From positions 189,906,001 to 189,970,000 of the forward strand of contig OZ024743.1 of assembly GCA_964016885.1 (NCBI GenBank): DNA of 64,000 nucleotides, in the 5' to 3' direction. The notes beneath the pieces are model-generated. The model was not told the origin of the DNA. It worked only from the letters and a program-made list of their open reading frames with translations, and did no database searches. Source of the DNA: Eledone cirrhosa (taxonomy: Eukaryota). Of this stretch, positions 13,381 through 26,636 are shown one piece after another. Numbering within the stretch: the first letter of the stretch is position 1; every line of letters starts with the position of its first letter. A program made the position numbers and the translations under genes.

Positions 13381-14539
13381 ATGTATTATATTGTCTTTTC
13401 GCTTTTGTTTTGCCCTAGGTGAACTGGTTGCAGTACGTTAGTATAGTACAACATCTAGTAATGTGTTTATATTAAAACAAAAAGATTTATTATAAAATTA
13501 AATATCATATACTTTACTAAATGGAAAATAATCTTTGGATAAACAATATCTTAATTAATCTTTAAGATATAGTAAAATCACCTAGTGAATTCTGTTTCAA
13601 TATGACATTCACTCTTTTGTTTTTATCAAAAGCATACAAAATGTATAAAAATAAATGAAACAATGTTGATGATTCCTATTAACTGCATATATGTGATAGG
13701 CCTGTCATTTGTTATAAGAATAGAAAGTTAAATATAAAAATAGAAAGTTAAGAAATTCATAAATGAAAATGCTCTAACAATCTTAGACTTTTGGCACCAA
13801 ATCTTGCTATGCATTTCACTAATTAGTTTCATGTTACCTGAACAAAAACTTTGAAGGAGACAATTCTAAAAAGTAACAGACATCTTCAGATTTCAGTCTT
13901 ATATTATTTTATTGATATTTGGTTGAGATTTGTAGTATGACATATTTCTGTAAAATACATATTACTTGCCAATGTGCCTGATAGTTTTCTTATAGATTAA
14001 CATTTTACTAACGGTTACTCATTTTATAGCAATCACGTGTAAAATAAAATTCATAGTTTCTAAACAAGCGATGAAAATGATTGAAATTTCTAAGTGATAA
14101 ATTTTGTTTGTATTAATATATTTGCAGTAAACATAAAAGTTGAAACCTGCACTTGATCAGTAAATATAAAACATGCGTTACGCTTACTCCTGGTATTTTA
14201 GAATTAATTAGGATGAATCCCAAGACGACTGAATTTAGAACAAATTAATATATGACATCAATTCTATCTTAAAACCGATTAACATTGATGATTAAGAAGA
14301 TAGGTTCAGGCCTTCCAAAAGAAAAAAAAAAAGAAAAGAAAGAGACGTTTTGAAAAGATAGATTGAAATTCAAATTCGACAATTTTATGCCTGATATGTT
14401 TAGAAGAAAATATAGAAAATAATATGTTTATTATATATGTAATTGCATAAGTATTTAAATAGAGATTTACAGAATAAATAGTTTAAATAAAATTCTCTTA
14501 CGTATCTCTCACAGTTATTCTATTTATGTTTTTTACTCT

Positions 14540-15080
14540 CAATTCGGTTTTGAAGGGTTAACGGACATACACAATTATCTATTTGAGTTGGTAAATTCTC
14601 TTTGCGTGGAGTGGCTGTCAGTAATAACAAAAATGTGTAGATAATCAGGTGTAGCTGAGTCACAAAAGAGCAGAAACTGTCTCAGTCCGCCTCTCATAGT
14701 ACACCATATGTTGAACAATTCGCTCGGTGGATAACGAAATTTGTGGTGTGCTCAAAACGTAAGTGAAGAAGCACTATGCCTTTGCCAGATGATTTCGAGC
14801 CACAAATTAAAGATTTTGTTCAAAATATTTGGCTTCCTGCTATCACTGGCAAAGTTACTATCAATTAAAAGTGATATTTTAAAGCATGTGTATATATGTA
14901 ATGAGTAATGGAAACATGTGCTGTTCTCAGGACATGGGTGGCAGTAGAAATAAGCTACACAGGCATGGAAAGATAGTTCATCATGCGGCGCGTTTGGGAT
15001 AGGAGGTGAATGGATATTCCCCATTCCTACGTCGACAACTAGCCTCTCAATAGGGATTTATCGAAATGTGATTTGCTAGT
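14540..15080 (+). pseudogene. Very old LINE RT C-terminal remnant
   Basis: Weak motifs KLKILFK, FKACV..VME, LRRQLAS with many stops. Confidence 0.35.
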
Positions 15081-16849
15081 AATTCTCGTTTATTCCTATC
15101 ATTATTATGATCAGATTAAAGGTGGTAGATTGCCTGTGTCGTTAGAACATCGGGCAAATGCTTAGCGTTATTTGTTCTAGCTCTTTACAGTCTGGTTTCA
15201 AATCCCGCTGAGGTTAACTATGCCTTTCATCATTCCAAGGTTGATACAGGATAGTACCACTTACGTACAAGGATCAATGTGTTGGCATTATGACTAAATT
15301 AGACACCTTGGCAGAATCATTACAGAGTTGGACAAATGCTTAGTAGCATTTGATCCGGATCTTTACGATTTGAGTTCAACTCAAGATGAGGTTGGTTTTG
15401 TCTTTTATCTTTCGAAACAATGATGTACCAGTCAAGTACAGTCGTCGAAACAATCGACTTTCCCTTCTACCCCAAATCTTATGCCCAAAGTAAAAATCAT
15501 TGTTATGAGCAAGCTAACCATAAATATTTCAGTAGAAAATGTATCACAGCAAAAGTGCTTTATTTCAGCAGTAAAATGAGAATAGAGTATCAAAATAAAT
15601 AGAACGTATAACTATTTCTTAACCAGCTACCAGAGTTCAATTCTTGCTCTGGTCAGTTTAGCTATTCATCTCACTGTGAATCAAGAAAACAAATAGCAAC
15701 TAAATAGTCATTGAAACCTGTTGTCAAAACTCTGAAGAATGAAACTAATATGTGAATATTTTAAATATTCCGATATCTAATCGTAGGCAGGGTACATAAA
15801 TACTTTAGCGATGTTCCTATCTATTTACTACTGCAATACACTTTCCACTTTTATTAGTTGCTATTCTATTTAATTCACAATAGTATAAATACTTAATAAC
15901 ATTTCGAGAACCACCCTTCTAGGCGTCCATCCTCCTCAAATAATTTGAAGCTCTATAGAACAGAAAAGAAAAAAGTAAAGAACTATTGTTTGGAAATTTT
16001 AATTCGAGAGTTTTTAACAAAGATATATTCCATATGACGTAATGCAATTTGCGTTCAATTGAATACGTATATAACATTTAAATAGACAAATGCGATTCTC
16101 TTACAGGGAAACAAATTGTGGCTTTACTCTTTTGAAATTTAGTACAGTTACATCAATTGGCGACATTTTCTTCACAAACCCCGATTGTGTTTTCTTTTAT
16201 TTCCTAAATTCAATGCGTCAGTAGACATGAACATTCGAATTATACTGACTTATCTATGAAATGCAGTGTGGCATTAAGTTATTTCGCCGTCCGTTTTCAC
16301 ACGACGCAGTTGGTTTAAATTTTCCGAAAATAGTTTAGGGATTCTATATTCTCGAAATGCAACGGAATTTTCATGACTAAATCATGTGATATCTACGGTT
16401 TTTCTTATAGCTTATATATACAACTGGCACTCCGTGGTCTCTACGACTAAATGTCTAGTACGCGGACGACGCAACACTGGGTAGCTTGGTCAAATCTATC
16501 GTATAGGGCTTCAAGCTAGTCATCCTAGCTATATCTCACTTTAGACTTGAGATCAACTCCTACAAGTCCGAGGGGATAAATGGTAGCTACGATGAAGCTG
16601 AAATGCAAGACACCGTACTCAGCATACAATCTGTTCTGACTGGGACATGGCTAACACTGAAATGTGGTGCATACACACCCGGAGCCCCAAACCTCTCGAA
16701 AACCATAACAGAGTGACTGGAGATCATGCAATCAGATCTGACGAGGATGACAGAGAGAGATTGTGACACTTTGACGTGGTGCTGACCTGCTTTTGATGTC
16801 CCCCACTTCCCCTTTTTTGTTGCATTATTTTATTTATGTCTTATGTCTA

Positions 16850-17040
16850 GGGCGGTGGATTGGCAGTATCGGTAGAGGGTCGGACGCCATGCTTTCCAGC
16901 ATAGTTACGTCCCTTTACGATCTGAGTTCAAATCCCGCCTAGGTTGACTTTGCCTTTCATCCTTACGGGGTCGATAAAATAAAGTACCAGTAATGCACTG
17001 GGTAATTGCTGGCCTTGTGCCTAAAGTAGAAACAATTATT
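16850..17040 (+). mobile_element. tRNA-derived SINE family 1 (full length)
   Basis: A and B boxes, core gttgactttgcctttcatcc...gtcgataaa, 3' aaacaattatt; over ten copies in the window. Confidence 0.9.
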
Positions 17041-17274
17041 TCATTTATCTCTTCCTTCTCTTCCCTTTTCTCTGTCTGTCTCCTTTCGTTATTGTAAACC
17101 ATAAATATGAAAATAAATTGAAAAATATTTTTCATATATGAAATAAAAACATATATTATACGTAAATATCTAAAACAAATGTAAGATATTATTGAAGGTG
17201 AGAAAGGGAAGTAATTCTTTGAATATAGGTATAGAGATAGATTAGATAGAATGAATTCTACGTCATTTTATGTG

Positions 17275-17318
<44 letters not shown>

Positions 17319-17470
17319 AGGGAGTGTAACTTGGAGTTACTGTAGGTTCACCCGATTGAGCACTCGATGTTTAGGTTCACTTCTGTGTCGAGGTGGAGAG
17401 CTAGACAGAGTGTATTATAGTGAAAAGACAACAAGGACGATTGGTTACTCCTTCATTACATTTATTGTTT

Positions 17471-17555
17471 GGTGACGCGTGTTTCGCCACTTACCAGCTC
17501 AAGGTTCGATCTGCATCGCTCTTACCCGACTCTATAATCTGCGGCTCGTCGGACC
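17471..17555 (-). ncRNA. HHR-like motif with non-canonical core CCGACGA (copies at 20555-20639 minus and 21477-21555 plus)
   Basis: ggt-CCGACGA-gccgc..~50 nt..gtggc-GAAA-CACGCG-TC-acc. Confidence 0.65.
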
Positions 17556-18315
17556 CCTTGTAATGCTAGTAGAAAATGAATACATGCTGTATGATAAAGT
17601 CAGAAGTTCATATGTTGGTCAATAAAGTTTGTTTTGATTGGTGGATTAGTTCAGAGGGATGTTTTTGCCTGTAGTGTATGTGAGATGGGTGGGTGTGGTG
17701 ATAAGATGGTGGTGACAGTCACAGGCTGGAGTGGGCGGTAGTGTGGGGGTGCTGGTTGTCGGTAGACAGATTGGCATGTAGCTGTGGTGTGGGTGTGGTG
17801 TTGTTGTTTGTGGTAAAGATGTGGTAGCGGTGTGCATGGTGATGTGATGAATGTGTTGGTGGTGTGATGAATGTGTTGGTGGTGTCAATTTCAATAAGGA
17901 GATACATACATAGACACACTTAGTCTGATAAATACGTTGTATACATACACATGTGTATATATATATATAGAGAGAGAGGTCCAGTGGAGACGGCGTTGTA
18001 CAAATAAATATACTTACACACACACACACACATGCGTTGTTTAGGGAGATGAGACAGGGTTGGTGATGTTGATGATTGTTGAAGTATGGAGATGTGCCTG
18101 GTAGTGGCGGTGGTAGTGGGAGCGACAAAATATTTACAGGATCGAATTTTACTATGGATTGCAGGTTAAAAAATGACATAGGGAACACAGGGAAAACAAG
18201 GTTGTGAATGAGGGATGGTGGACGTATAGCGATGTGTATGGTGGTGGTGGTGGTAGTGGTGGTGATGGAGTGATATGTTCGACATTATATTTACAGGATC
18301 GGATGTTACGATGGT

Positions 18316-20358
18316 TTACAAGGTAAAACCAGACTGAGAGGACAGATAGAAAACAATGGTACTGTGATGAGGGATGTATGGCGATGTGTCTGCTGTCCTA
18401 TTAGTGTGTGCTATCGTGTCGTCTAGATTTGGTGCTGTGGAGAAAGAGAATTTGACAGTGTGTCTATTGAAGTGCTTGTGGTATTTATGTGTGTGTGGGA
18501 AGGATTGTTCCAGGGCTCTGAAGAAGGTTCCCCGTATATTGGTGGCTACGTGTATAGAGTACGGGGCGTTGTACCATGTCACAGGTCTACTTCGGGCTTT
18601 ACGGTGTTTAGTGTGGTTGTGGTTTGGTTGTTGGGTGGGTGCGTTTTGGCCAGGCGTATTTGTCATAGGGTTTCCTACTATTCTATTGGCGTTGTGTCTC
18701 GGGTCTCTAATACTACGTATTCGCGTGCGATATTCAGAGTCCTTAATGGGTTGGAGAGTATAGCTTTATCTCGTGGGCAGTTGTGTGTAACGCTGCCTGT
18801 CGTGCCGGCTAAGGTGGGCCTTAGGTTAGTATTTGTTCTAGGTGTGGTGTCCTTGTTTATGTGCGTTTCTAAGGGTCTGAATAGGTTTAGCAGCGTTGCG
18901 GTTCTCGTTGGGTCATTGTAAGATATCTTCTCAATGTAACCAACCTTTTCAAGTGCGGAGTTATAGTATTCCGCGTGCTGGTTGAAGATAGTTCTATTTG
19001 CCGACAGGGTGGACAGTCTATAGGAAACGCTTTTCACTATTGAGTTACTTATGCTCCTAGGGTGGTTGGAGTGTCTGTTGACATATCTGAGGTTTTCATT
19101 TGGTTTATGGTAAGGGCGGTAGAGACCTGTGTCTAATTCTAAAGTGACACCTAAGAAGTTTACTGTCCTACTGTTGGGTTCTATTTCTACCGCTAATCCT
19201 TGGGTCATAAAGATATATCTAAGGCGTTTGTGTAGTCTATCTAATTGGCTATTATTGAGTCCACGGGCCATGAGTAGGGCGTCGTCACGGTACAAGCCAC
19301 CGCCCATGGTGGGGATCTCATCTATTAATATATTTAGGAGGTATAGGCCTACTATATCGGTAACCTGTGCGGAGTCGGTCGAGCCCCCTTTTAATGTCGA
19401 AGCTATCTGGTCTATTCTGTCATTCCCATAATTTACCGTCAAATTCTAGTAAAGTTTTCCTACTTACTAGTATGATGTCCACCTCCTTTCTGGTGAGGAT
19501 TGATCTGTTTATGGCTGAGATCAGTGCCTTGTTAAGGATGACTGGAGATATAGAGGCGTAGTAGTTCACAATGTCCATTTGGACTAATCGAATGTCCGAC
19601 TTGGTTTCAATGCCGGAGAACCAGTCGATTACCTCTTTTGTACACAACCAGAGGCTGAGTTTAGTCCTATTTCTAAGTTCTGGTATAACTCGGTCAATGA
19701 TAGATTTGCTTAGTCTACCTAGGTCTGATTTAGAGGGAGCTATGAGTCTGACCGGTAGTTTGGACTCGAAGTCCGGTTTGTGGTCTTTAATAAATATCCT
19801 CGGTGTCCCAGTTTTGTAGGATTGAGACCTGTCATCTATGCTCAGTTCCGTCATTATTGTTTTCGCCTGTTTGTTTATGTGTGCTAGATTTTCCCGTGTT
19901 GATGTTTTGTATATTTTAGCTATTTCGTTTGTGATGCATTTCTTGTATGTTTTGTACTCCAAATTATAGATGTTTCCTGTTTTATCGGCCGGAACAATGA
20001 TGCCAGGGCTTTTCCTGACCTCTTTTACAGTAGATGCAAGCCCAGACAAGAATGCAGTTCTGTCAGGGTTTCGTGGTGGTTTTCTGAATTTAATAGTCCG
20101 GACCATGGTAATAATCCTGTCCTCAAACTCCTGTAGGAGTGGGTTGTGCGGTGGGTTTTTTCTCGATTTGAATAGTTTTTTCATGTGGTTGGTGGAATTG
20201 TCGTCGGATCCAGGGGCCCTCCTGTTGTTGTAGTGGTAGGCCCTCCAACATATCCTTCTAATGAAATTGTTGGTCTGCATTAGTAAAAGGTTCATGTATA
20301 CATCATCCGAAGGTATAGGTATGTCTTTTAGGGAGGAAATGTTGTAGAACAATTCCAT
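18316..20358 (-). pseudogene. Penelope-like (Naiad-type) reverse transcriptase, frameshifted, GIY-YIG domain absent
   Basis: Motifs SSLKDIPIP, PADKTGN, KDHK, MDIVNYYASI, GLYRDD, VNFLGVT, PYHKPN, SNHP, WYNAPYS, HKHFNRHTVKFS. Confidence 0.93.
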
Positions 20359-21691
20359 GGTGTTCCAGGTAAGCGCTCGACTAAGTAAGGTGCTAAATAT
20401 CCAGGGAGTGTAACTTGGAGTTACTGTAGGTTCACCCGGGTGAGCACTCGATGTTTAGGTTCACTTCAGTGTCGAGGTGTAGAGCTAGACAGAGTGTATT
20501 ATAGTGAAAAGATAACAAGGACGATTGGTTGCGCCTTCATTACATTTATTGGTTGATGACGCGTGTTTCGCCACTGATCAGCTCAAGGTTCGACCTGTAT
20601 CGATCTTATCCAACTCTGTAATCTGCAGCTCGTCGGACCTCTTGTAATGCTAGTAGAACATTAACATGCTGTATGATAAAGTCAGAAGTACCATTGTGTT
20701 CTATCTGTCATCTCTTTCAGGTTTTACCTTGTAAAACCATCGTAACATCCGATCCTTTAAATATAATGTCGAGCATATCACTCCATCGCCACCACCACCA
20801 CCACCACCATCACCACCATCATACACATTGCTATACGTCCACCATCCCTCATTCACAACCTTGTTTTTCCCGTGTAATCAAATCGTAAAATTCGATCCTG
20901 TAAATATTTTGTCGCTCCCACCACCACCGCTTCCACCAGCCATATCTCCATACTTCAACAATCATCAACATCACTAACACATATCATCCCTCCCTAAACA
21001 ACGCATCTGTGTGTGTCTGTGTGTAAGTATATTTATTTGTACAACACCATCTCCACTGGTTTTCTCTCTATATTTATATATACACATGTGTATGTATACA
21101 ACGTATTTGTCAGACTAAGTGTGTCTATATATGTATCTCCTTATTGAAATTGACACCAACAATACATTCATCACATCACCATGCACACCGCTAGCTCATC
21201 TTTACCACAAACACCACCACCACACCCACACCACACACAAAAATCAGCCTCAGCTACATGCCAATCTGTCTACCAACAACCAGCACCCTGCCACCCACGC
21301 CCATTTTAGCCTGCGGCCGTCACCACCATCTTATCACCATACCCACCCCCACATGCTCTACAGGCAAAAACATCCCTATGAACTAATCCACCAATCAAAA
21401 CAAACTTTATTGACCAACATATGAACTTCTGACTTTATCATACAGCATGTATTCATTTTCTACTAGCATTACATGGGGTCCGACGAGCCGCAGATTAAAG
21501 AGTCGGGTAAGATCGATACAGATCGGAGCTGATCAGTGGAGAAACACGCGTCACCAACCAATAAATATAAGGAAGGAGTAACCAATCGTCATTGTTATCT
21601 TTTTACTATAAATATATATATATATATATATATATAAGCAGTAAACGGAAACATATACAGACACGCGCACGCACACTCATTCGCACATGCA

Positions 21692-22052
21692 TCTATATTA
21701 ATAAAGCTGACGACCGTATGTATGTAACAAACTTTTCGCCACCAAACGTCTGTACCAAACGGCACCAAATTTGCACCATAGACGTAACTTTTTCTAAGTA
21801 AGAAAGTGAGGGTAATTTTATCAACTAAATTTCGTTAAAAGATTAAATATATTTTATTGTTAATTTAAATATTCACCTCTTTAAAATTCTCAAATGTCAA
21901 CACTTCCGGTTAACGATAACTTATACGACATTCCTCTCTCTTAGTCTGTCGTTTTAGATAGATACATAGCTATAACGTCGCGCCGTTATAATATGTCTCT
22001 GTATGTTTGGCTGTCTGCATTATGAAAACCGTTCTGTACATTGACTTTGCTA

Positions 22053-22084
<32 letters not shown>

Positions 22085-23258
22085 TATATATATATATATA
22101 GTGTGTATATATATATATATATAATGTGTATATATATATAGTGTTAGTATCATGAATCAGAGACAGTTTAATTTGTAGATTTTATTACAGCATTCCTTTA
22201 TACGTATATATACATACATAAACATGTTATTTACAGTTGTATAAAAAAGAAGGATAATTGTTTCTACTTTTGGCACAAGGCCAGCAATTATACTAGTACA
22301 TTACTGGTATTTTATTATATATAATATATATAATACGACATTCCTCTCTCTTTCTTACTCTGTCTTTTTAGAAAGATACATAGCTATAACGTCGTGCCCT
22401 TAAAGTTTTTCTCTGTCTGGCTGCCTGTCTGCATTAATTTCGCTTCTAACCAACTTTTAATTAATTATACATATATAATTATATATTCGTGTACACATTT
22501 TCAACAGTAATACTGTACTATATATTTTCAACAGTAATACTATACTATATATTTTCAATAGTAGTACTGTACTATATCTTTTCAACAGTAATACTGTACT
22601 ACATATTTTCAACATTAATACTATACTATAATATATCCGAAATAAATTTAGTTAATTAAATTAAATTAAAGGAGTCATGTCCGAGACATGCGCCATATAT
22701 CCACTGTAGAATAAGCTCAAAGATTCCACTGAATAGATCCGAGCATTTTATATCAACTAGAAATTGATTGACATATATATATATATTTTAAATAAACACA
22801 TGAAACAATCACAGGGGATAATTTGTAAAGTGTGTAATCACACACAGCTAGGTAGGTAACTAATTTAAGTTTAACTAGATCTTCAAATATTACCTTTTAA
22901 AAGATGATTAATCCTCCTTGTATATATTTCATTAAAGAAATATATTTCACTAAAAATCCGTAAAGTCACAGTGGTTAAATCTTAGATCATCAGCAAGGAG
23001 GAAGAAATAACTGTCTGTGTTTACGCATCAAAATCATTTTTTAAAAGGTAATATTTGAAGACCTATTATATATTTGTGTACATATTTCCAACAGTAATAC
23101 TATACTATATATTTTCAACAGTAATACTAAACTACATATTTTCAACAGACGGCTTATGGTCTGTTTATCCACGCGAGGCTAGGTACGTCAGCTATATATA
23201 TCTGGATGTCGTAGAACACGTCAATGGTAGCCGGGCCCAAGCCGGACGGGCCAGCTAG
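21692..23258 (+). mobile_element. Non-autonomous Helitron
   Basis: A|TCTATATTAATAAAGC 5' end, 3' GC hairpin ccgggc-ccaa-gccgg then CTAG|T; internal 27-bp minisatellite and a ~100-bp duplication. Confidence 0.75.
22913..23001 (-). ncRNA. Type I hammerhead ribozyme inside the Helitron
   Basis: Perfect 8-bp stem I cctccttg/caaggagg, CTGATGA, long irregular stem II, GAAA-TATA-TA. Confidence 0.72.
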
Positions 23259-23265
23259 TATATTA

Positions 23266-23324
<59 letters not shown>

Positions 23325-23328
<4 letters not shown>

Positions 23329-23739
23329 AGTCTTTTGGAAGCCTCGACAATGCAAATGGGTAAATCTCCGGGTAACAAGGTCCGGTGGTGGAGAGAGAGA
23401 TGTAAGTGGGTGTACGTTGAGATGCGTGGTGTGTATAAGATGTGTGAGATGTGTAGAATGAAGGGAAGAGTATAAAGGGTAAAATAAAAATAACAACACA
23501 AGAGAGAGTTACCTTGGGAGAGATTTAATAGTCCCTATATATTTCGGATCCACATCCATCAACTGGGGTTTTTTTCCGGGGTGGGGAAAAGGTTGTCTGT
23601 CGGACAAGTCCGGAACGCGTCCTTCGCGTCCACCGGACCTTGTTACCCGGAGATTTATCCATTTGCATTGTCGAGGCTTCCAAACGACTTAAAGATATTT
23701 ACTTATTGTTCCACAATGCTTCAAGCAAACTTCAATACT

Positions 23740-23742
<3 letters not shown>
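23325..23742. mobile_element. (TA)n-flanked PLE terminal-repeat fragment with inverted arms 23325-23388 / 23630-23693
   Basis: Inverted repeat read directly; HHR-shaped motif at 23533-23568 on the minus strand. Confidence 0.65.
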
Positions 23743-23795
<53 letters not shown>

Positions 23796-23797
23796 TA

Positions 23798-24160
23798 CAA
23801 TATATTAATAAATGGAAACTATATTTATAAAACCATAACTATTTTATTATATATATTTCAAGGGCAACCAAGGGAAATTATGGTGTGCTTTCATCAGATA
23901 AAATACAGATTTGTTTTATAAATAAATATTGACATGCCCGGAAAAAAGACAACCTTAACGGTTGAAGCTTCTTCGATAGTCACCATAATTTGCCTTGGTT
24001 GCCCTTGAAATATATATAATAAAATAATTATGGTTTTATAAATATAGTTTCCATTTATTAATATATTGAATATTTACTCCACTAACTTGTTGAGTGCTTT
24101 ATATCAGTTATAAAAATGTTTAAGCTTGTTGAATCCCAACAAATTAAATATAACCTCTGC
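23798..24160. mobile_element. (TA)n-flanked PLE terminal-repeat fragment with inverted arms 23798-23885 / 23981-24068
   Basis: 88-bp inverted repeat; complete HHR in the left arm. Confidence 0.72.
23840..23905 (-). ncRNA. Minimal type I hammerhead ribozyme
   Basis: tattttat-CTGATGA-aag...ctt-GAAA-TATATA-TA-ataaaata; perfect 8-bp stem I. Confidence 0.82.
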
Positions 24161-24179
24161 ATATATATATATATGTATA

Positions 24180-24223
<44 letters not shown>

Positions 24224-24704
24224 ATACATATATATATATATATGTGTGTGTGTGTGTATACATATATATATGTTTGTGTGTGTATGTATATATATATCCA
24301 CCCTCTACCTGTTGTGCTCGATTTGTGGTCCCACCACGCTTTAATATCTACTCTCTCCTTCTCTCTCTCTCCTTTTTGCTCTCTCTCGTTCTCTCCCTCC
24401 CCTCTCTCTATCCATCTGCTCGTTTTCGATCATTTACGACATGTTTCACACATGCGTATTCCATTGTCCTGTCTCCGCCCCACTTCATTCGGTTTGTTTA
24501 CTTCTTTTTTTCCTCCCTCTTCCTCTCTCCTCACTATTTTTTCTTTTCTTCCCCTCTTCTTCTTCTTTTCTTTCCCTATGATCTGCCGTTAACAGCTGAC
24601 CAAGGGATCCTTCTCTTGTTTCGTCCACATTACCATCTTAAACTTTGTTTACAGTAACCACATAGCTCGCTTCGTTTATTGTAATTTGGTATATATATAT
24701 ATAT

Positions 24705-25877
24705 AAATTAATAAAAACAATGAATAAAAACAAAGAACAAGTTCCTTATATTAAAAAATTCATCATTTTACGATCGTTTCTAGGATATATATGTGTGTTG
24801 GTAGGTATATCATATGTAAACATTTTACAAACTATCAGAGGAAATATACATACCTTCACATATATATGCTGTCTTCAGAAATAATGATATTTGTTTATTC
24901 AATAAAACCAACAAAGATTTAATATAATAGGTCTGTTTGGGAACAGGTTTTGAATTGACCAATAGAAAAGTAGTAAGAGGTCAAGTTGATAGAATAGTAG
25001 TAGTAGAAATTTAATTTAGGGGTAGAGGAATGCAGACTTAAGTTTTGAATGGAAAGAATACTTTGAATGAAAAGAATACTTTGGGGATGAAAAGAGGTCA
25101 AGCCGGTGAAAGGTACACGAAAATTTGATGCTATTAAAGAATAATGGTAATGTTAAAACCGAAGGAGAATAAAATTTTAGGGTAAAGGTGTTAGTGAGAA
25201 ATATATTTTTTTACTAATGATGCCAATGTCAGATTTGGAAGGGCATATAAGTCTTATAGAAGGATTAGAGTTAAAGTTAGATTTGTGATCTTTCAGGTTA
25301 AAGTGTGGTTTTTTCAGTGCCAAAGGTTCAGTTCTGTCTTCAATATTGATTTTATTTACTATGTTGTGTGTTTTGTTGTTGATATTGGTAAGAGCCGCAT
25401 TATTTGTTATTTTATAATTTTTCCTGAGTTCTTTATAAATGAACTTATTGTAATTATCAATATCCATGTGGTATAGATTTCCAGTTTTGTCAGAGTGGAC
25501 GTGGACTTTGTTAGATTTTTTTAGATCCAATAGGGTAGAGTCAAGATCCTTTGGAAAATTAGATTTATATTTCTTAAATTTGAGGTGTTTGATTAAGTTA
25601 AATAGGTCTTTCTCGGAGTTTTCAAGCAAGGAGTTGTGTGGTGGGTTCTTATAAATATTTCTTATCCGTACATTTTTTTTTTTTTATCAAAGTGGTAGGC
25701 CCACCATCTGACCCTTTTGATGAATTGGTTGGTTTTTTGTATCATAAGAAGTAAGAATTCATCCCTAGAAGGTATTGGTATATTCTTTAAAGAAGTTCCC
25801 AAGTATTGTGTTTCCATTGTAATATGGATAATGGAGAAGAAAGAGAGCTCAACTACATATATAGGGAGTTATAAAAT

Positions 25878-25880
<3 letters not shown>
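24705..25880 (-). mobile_element. Internally deleted Penelope-like element (N-terminal ORF part + 3' terminal repeat)
   Basis: METQYLGTSLKNIPIPS..., HSDKTGN, LKDHK, RLICPSKSDIG in 25177-25818; HHR downstream; (TA)n flanks. Confidence 0.88.
24761..24886 (-). ncRNA. Type I hammerhead ribozyme with ~90-nt stem II
   Basis: cattattt-CTGAAGA-...-GAAA-CGATCG-TA-aaatgatg; stem II includes atatatatgtg/cacatatatat. Confidence 0.8.
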
Positions 25881-25908
<28 letters not shown>

Positions 25909-25962
25909 TATTAAAATATGAATACCTGTATAAAATTAGGAGCAAAGTATGTAGATGTATCT

Positions 25963-26007
<45 letters not shown>

Positions 26008-26636
26008 GTTTCGGTATTAAACTGTAGCTGATACAAAACATCGGTGTCAGTTTCAATCCACTACTCCAAGACTTTAATCCATAGGCCAAAGCTTACAGTA
26101 GATGTTCCAATATCACATCTATCACATTTGAAAACAAGTTTATCGAAGTGCCGTAAAACGGTGGGGCTACACTGGTAGAAGCAAGAAATAGTTCGTTATA
26201 TTTACTATCTGACTTTTAAGTGGGAATTATGGATAAAATATAAAAGGCTCGTTTTTTTTAGATATGCATAAAAAAGAACAAACATTTCGATATATTATAT
26301 ACTTGGAAAGTTAGTCTATCGAATTCCTTTGATTGGCACCAGAGAAGTAAGATCATTTCTGTATTGTTTCTATGTCCGCAACTAGGTTACCTGGGTGGTA
26401 ATAGGGAAGTGTATGATGCTACCTAAGCTACTACGGTTCTAATGATATACTGGAGGCAAATCCATCACAAATATTTCAGAAAAGTTGTACCTTGGCAAAT
26501 AATCGTCCTTATGAAAATATGAATTAACAATGAAAATATCTGGAAATTTCATTACAACTTGTGTATCGATGGATGCGTATCACAAGTGAAAGAACACCTG
26601 ATTTTGACATTTATTTATTTTTCTGTGTAGAGGAAA

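Larger units (their letters stand above)
17317..21611 (-). mobile_element. Penelope-like element with direct (17317-17607 / 20401-20689) and inverted (17415-18363 / 20687-21611) pseudo-LTRs, inserted in (TA)n
   Basis: PLE RT ORFs between the repeats; direct and inverted copies read directly; (TA)n on both flanks. Confidence 0.93.

Noticed and set aside
16850-16940. tRNA genes at SINE heads
   Set aside because: A and B boxes are present but there is no full cloverleaf and each is fused to a SINE body
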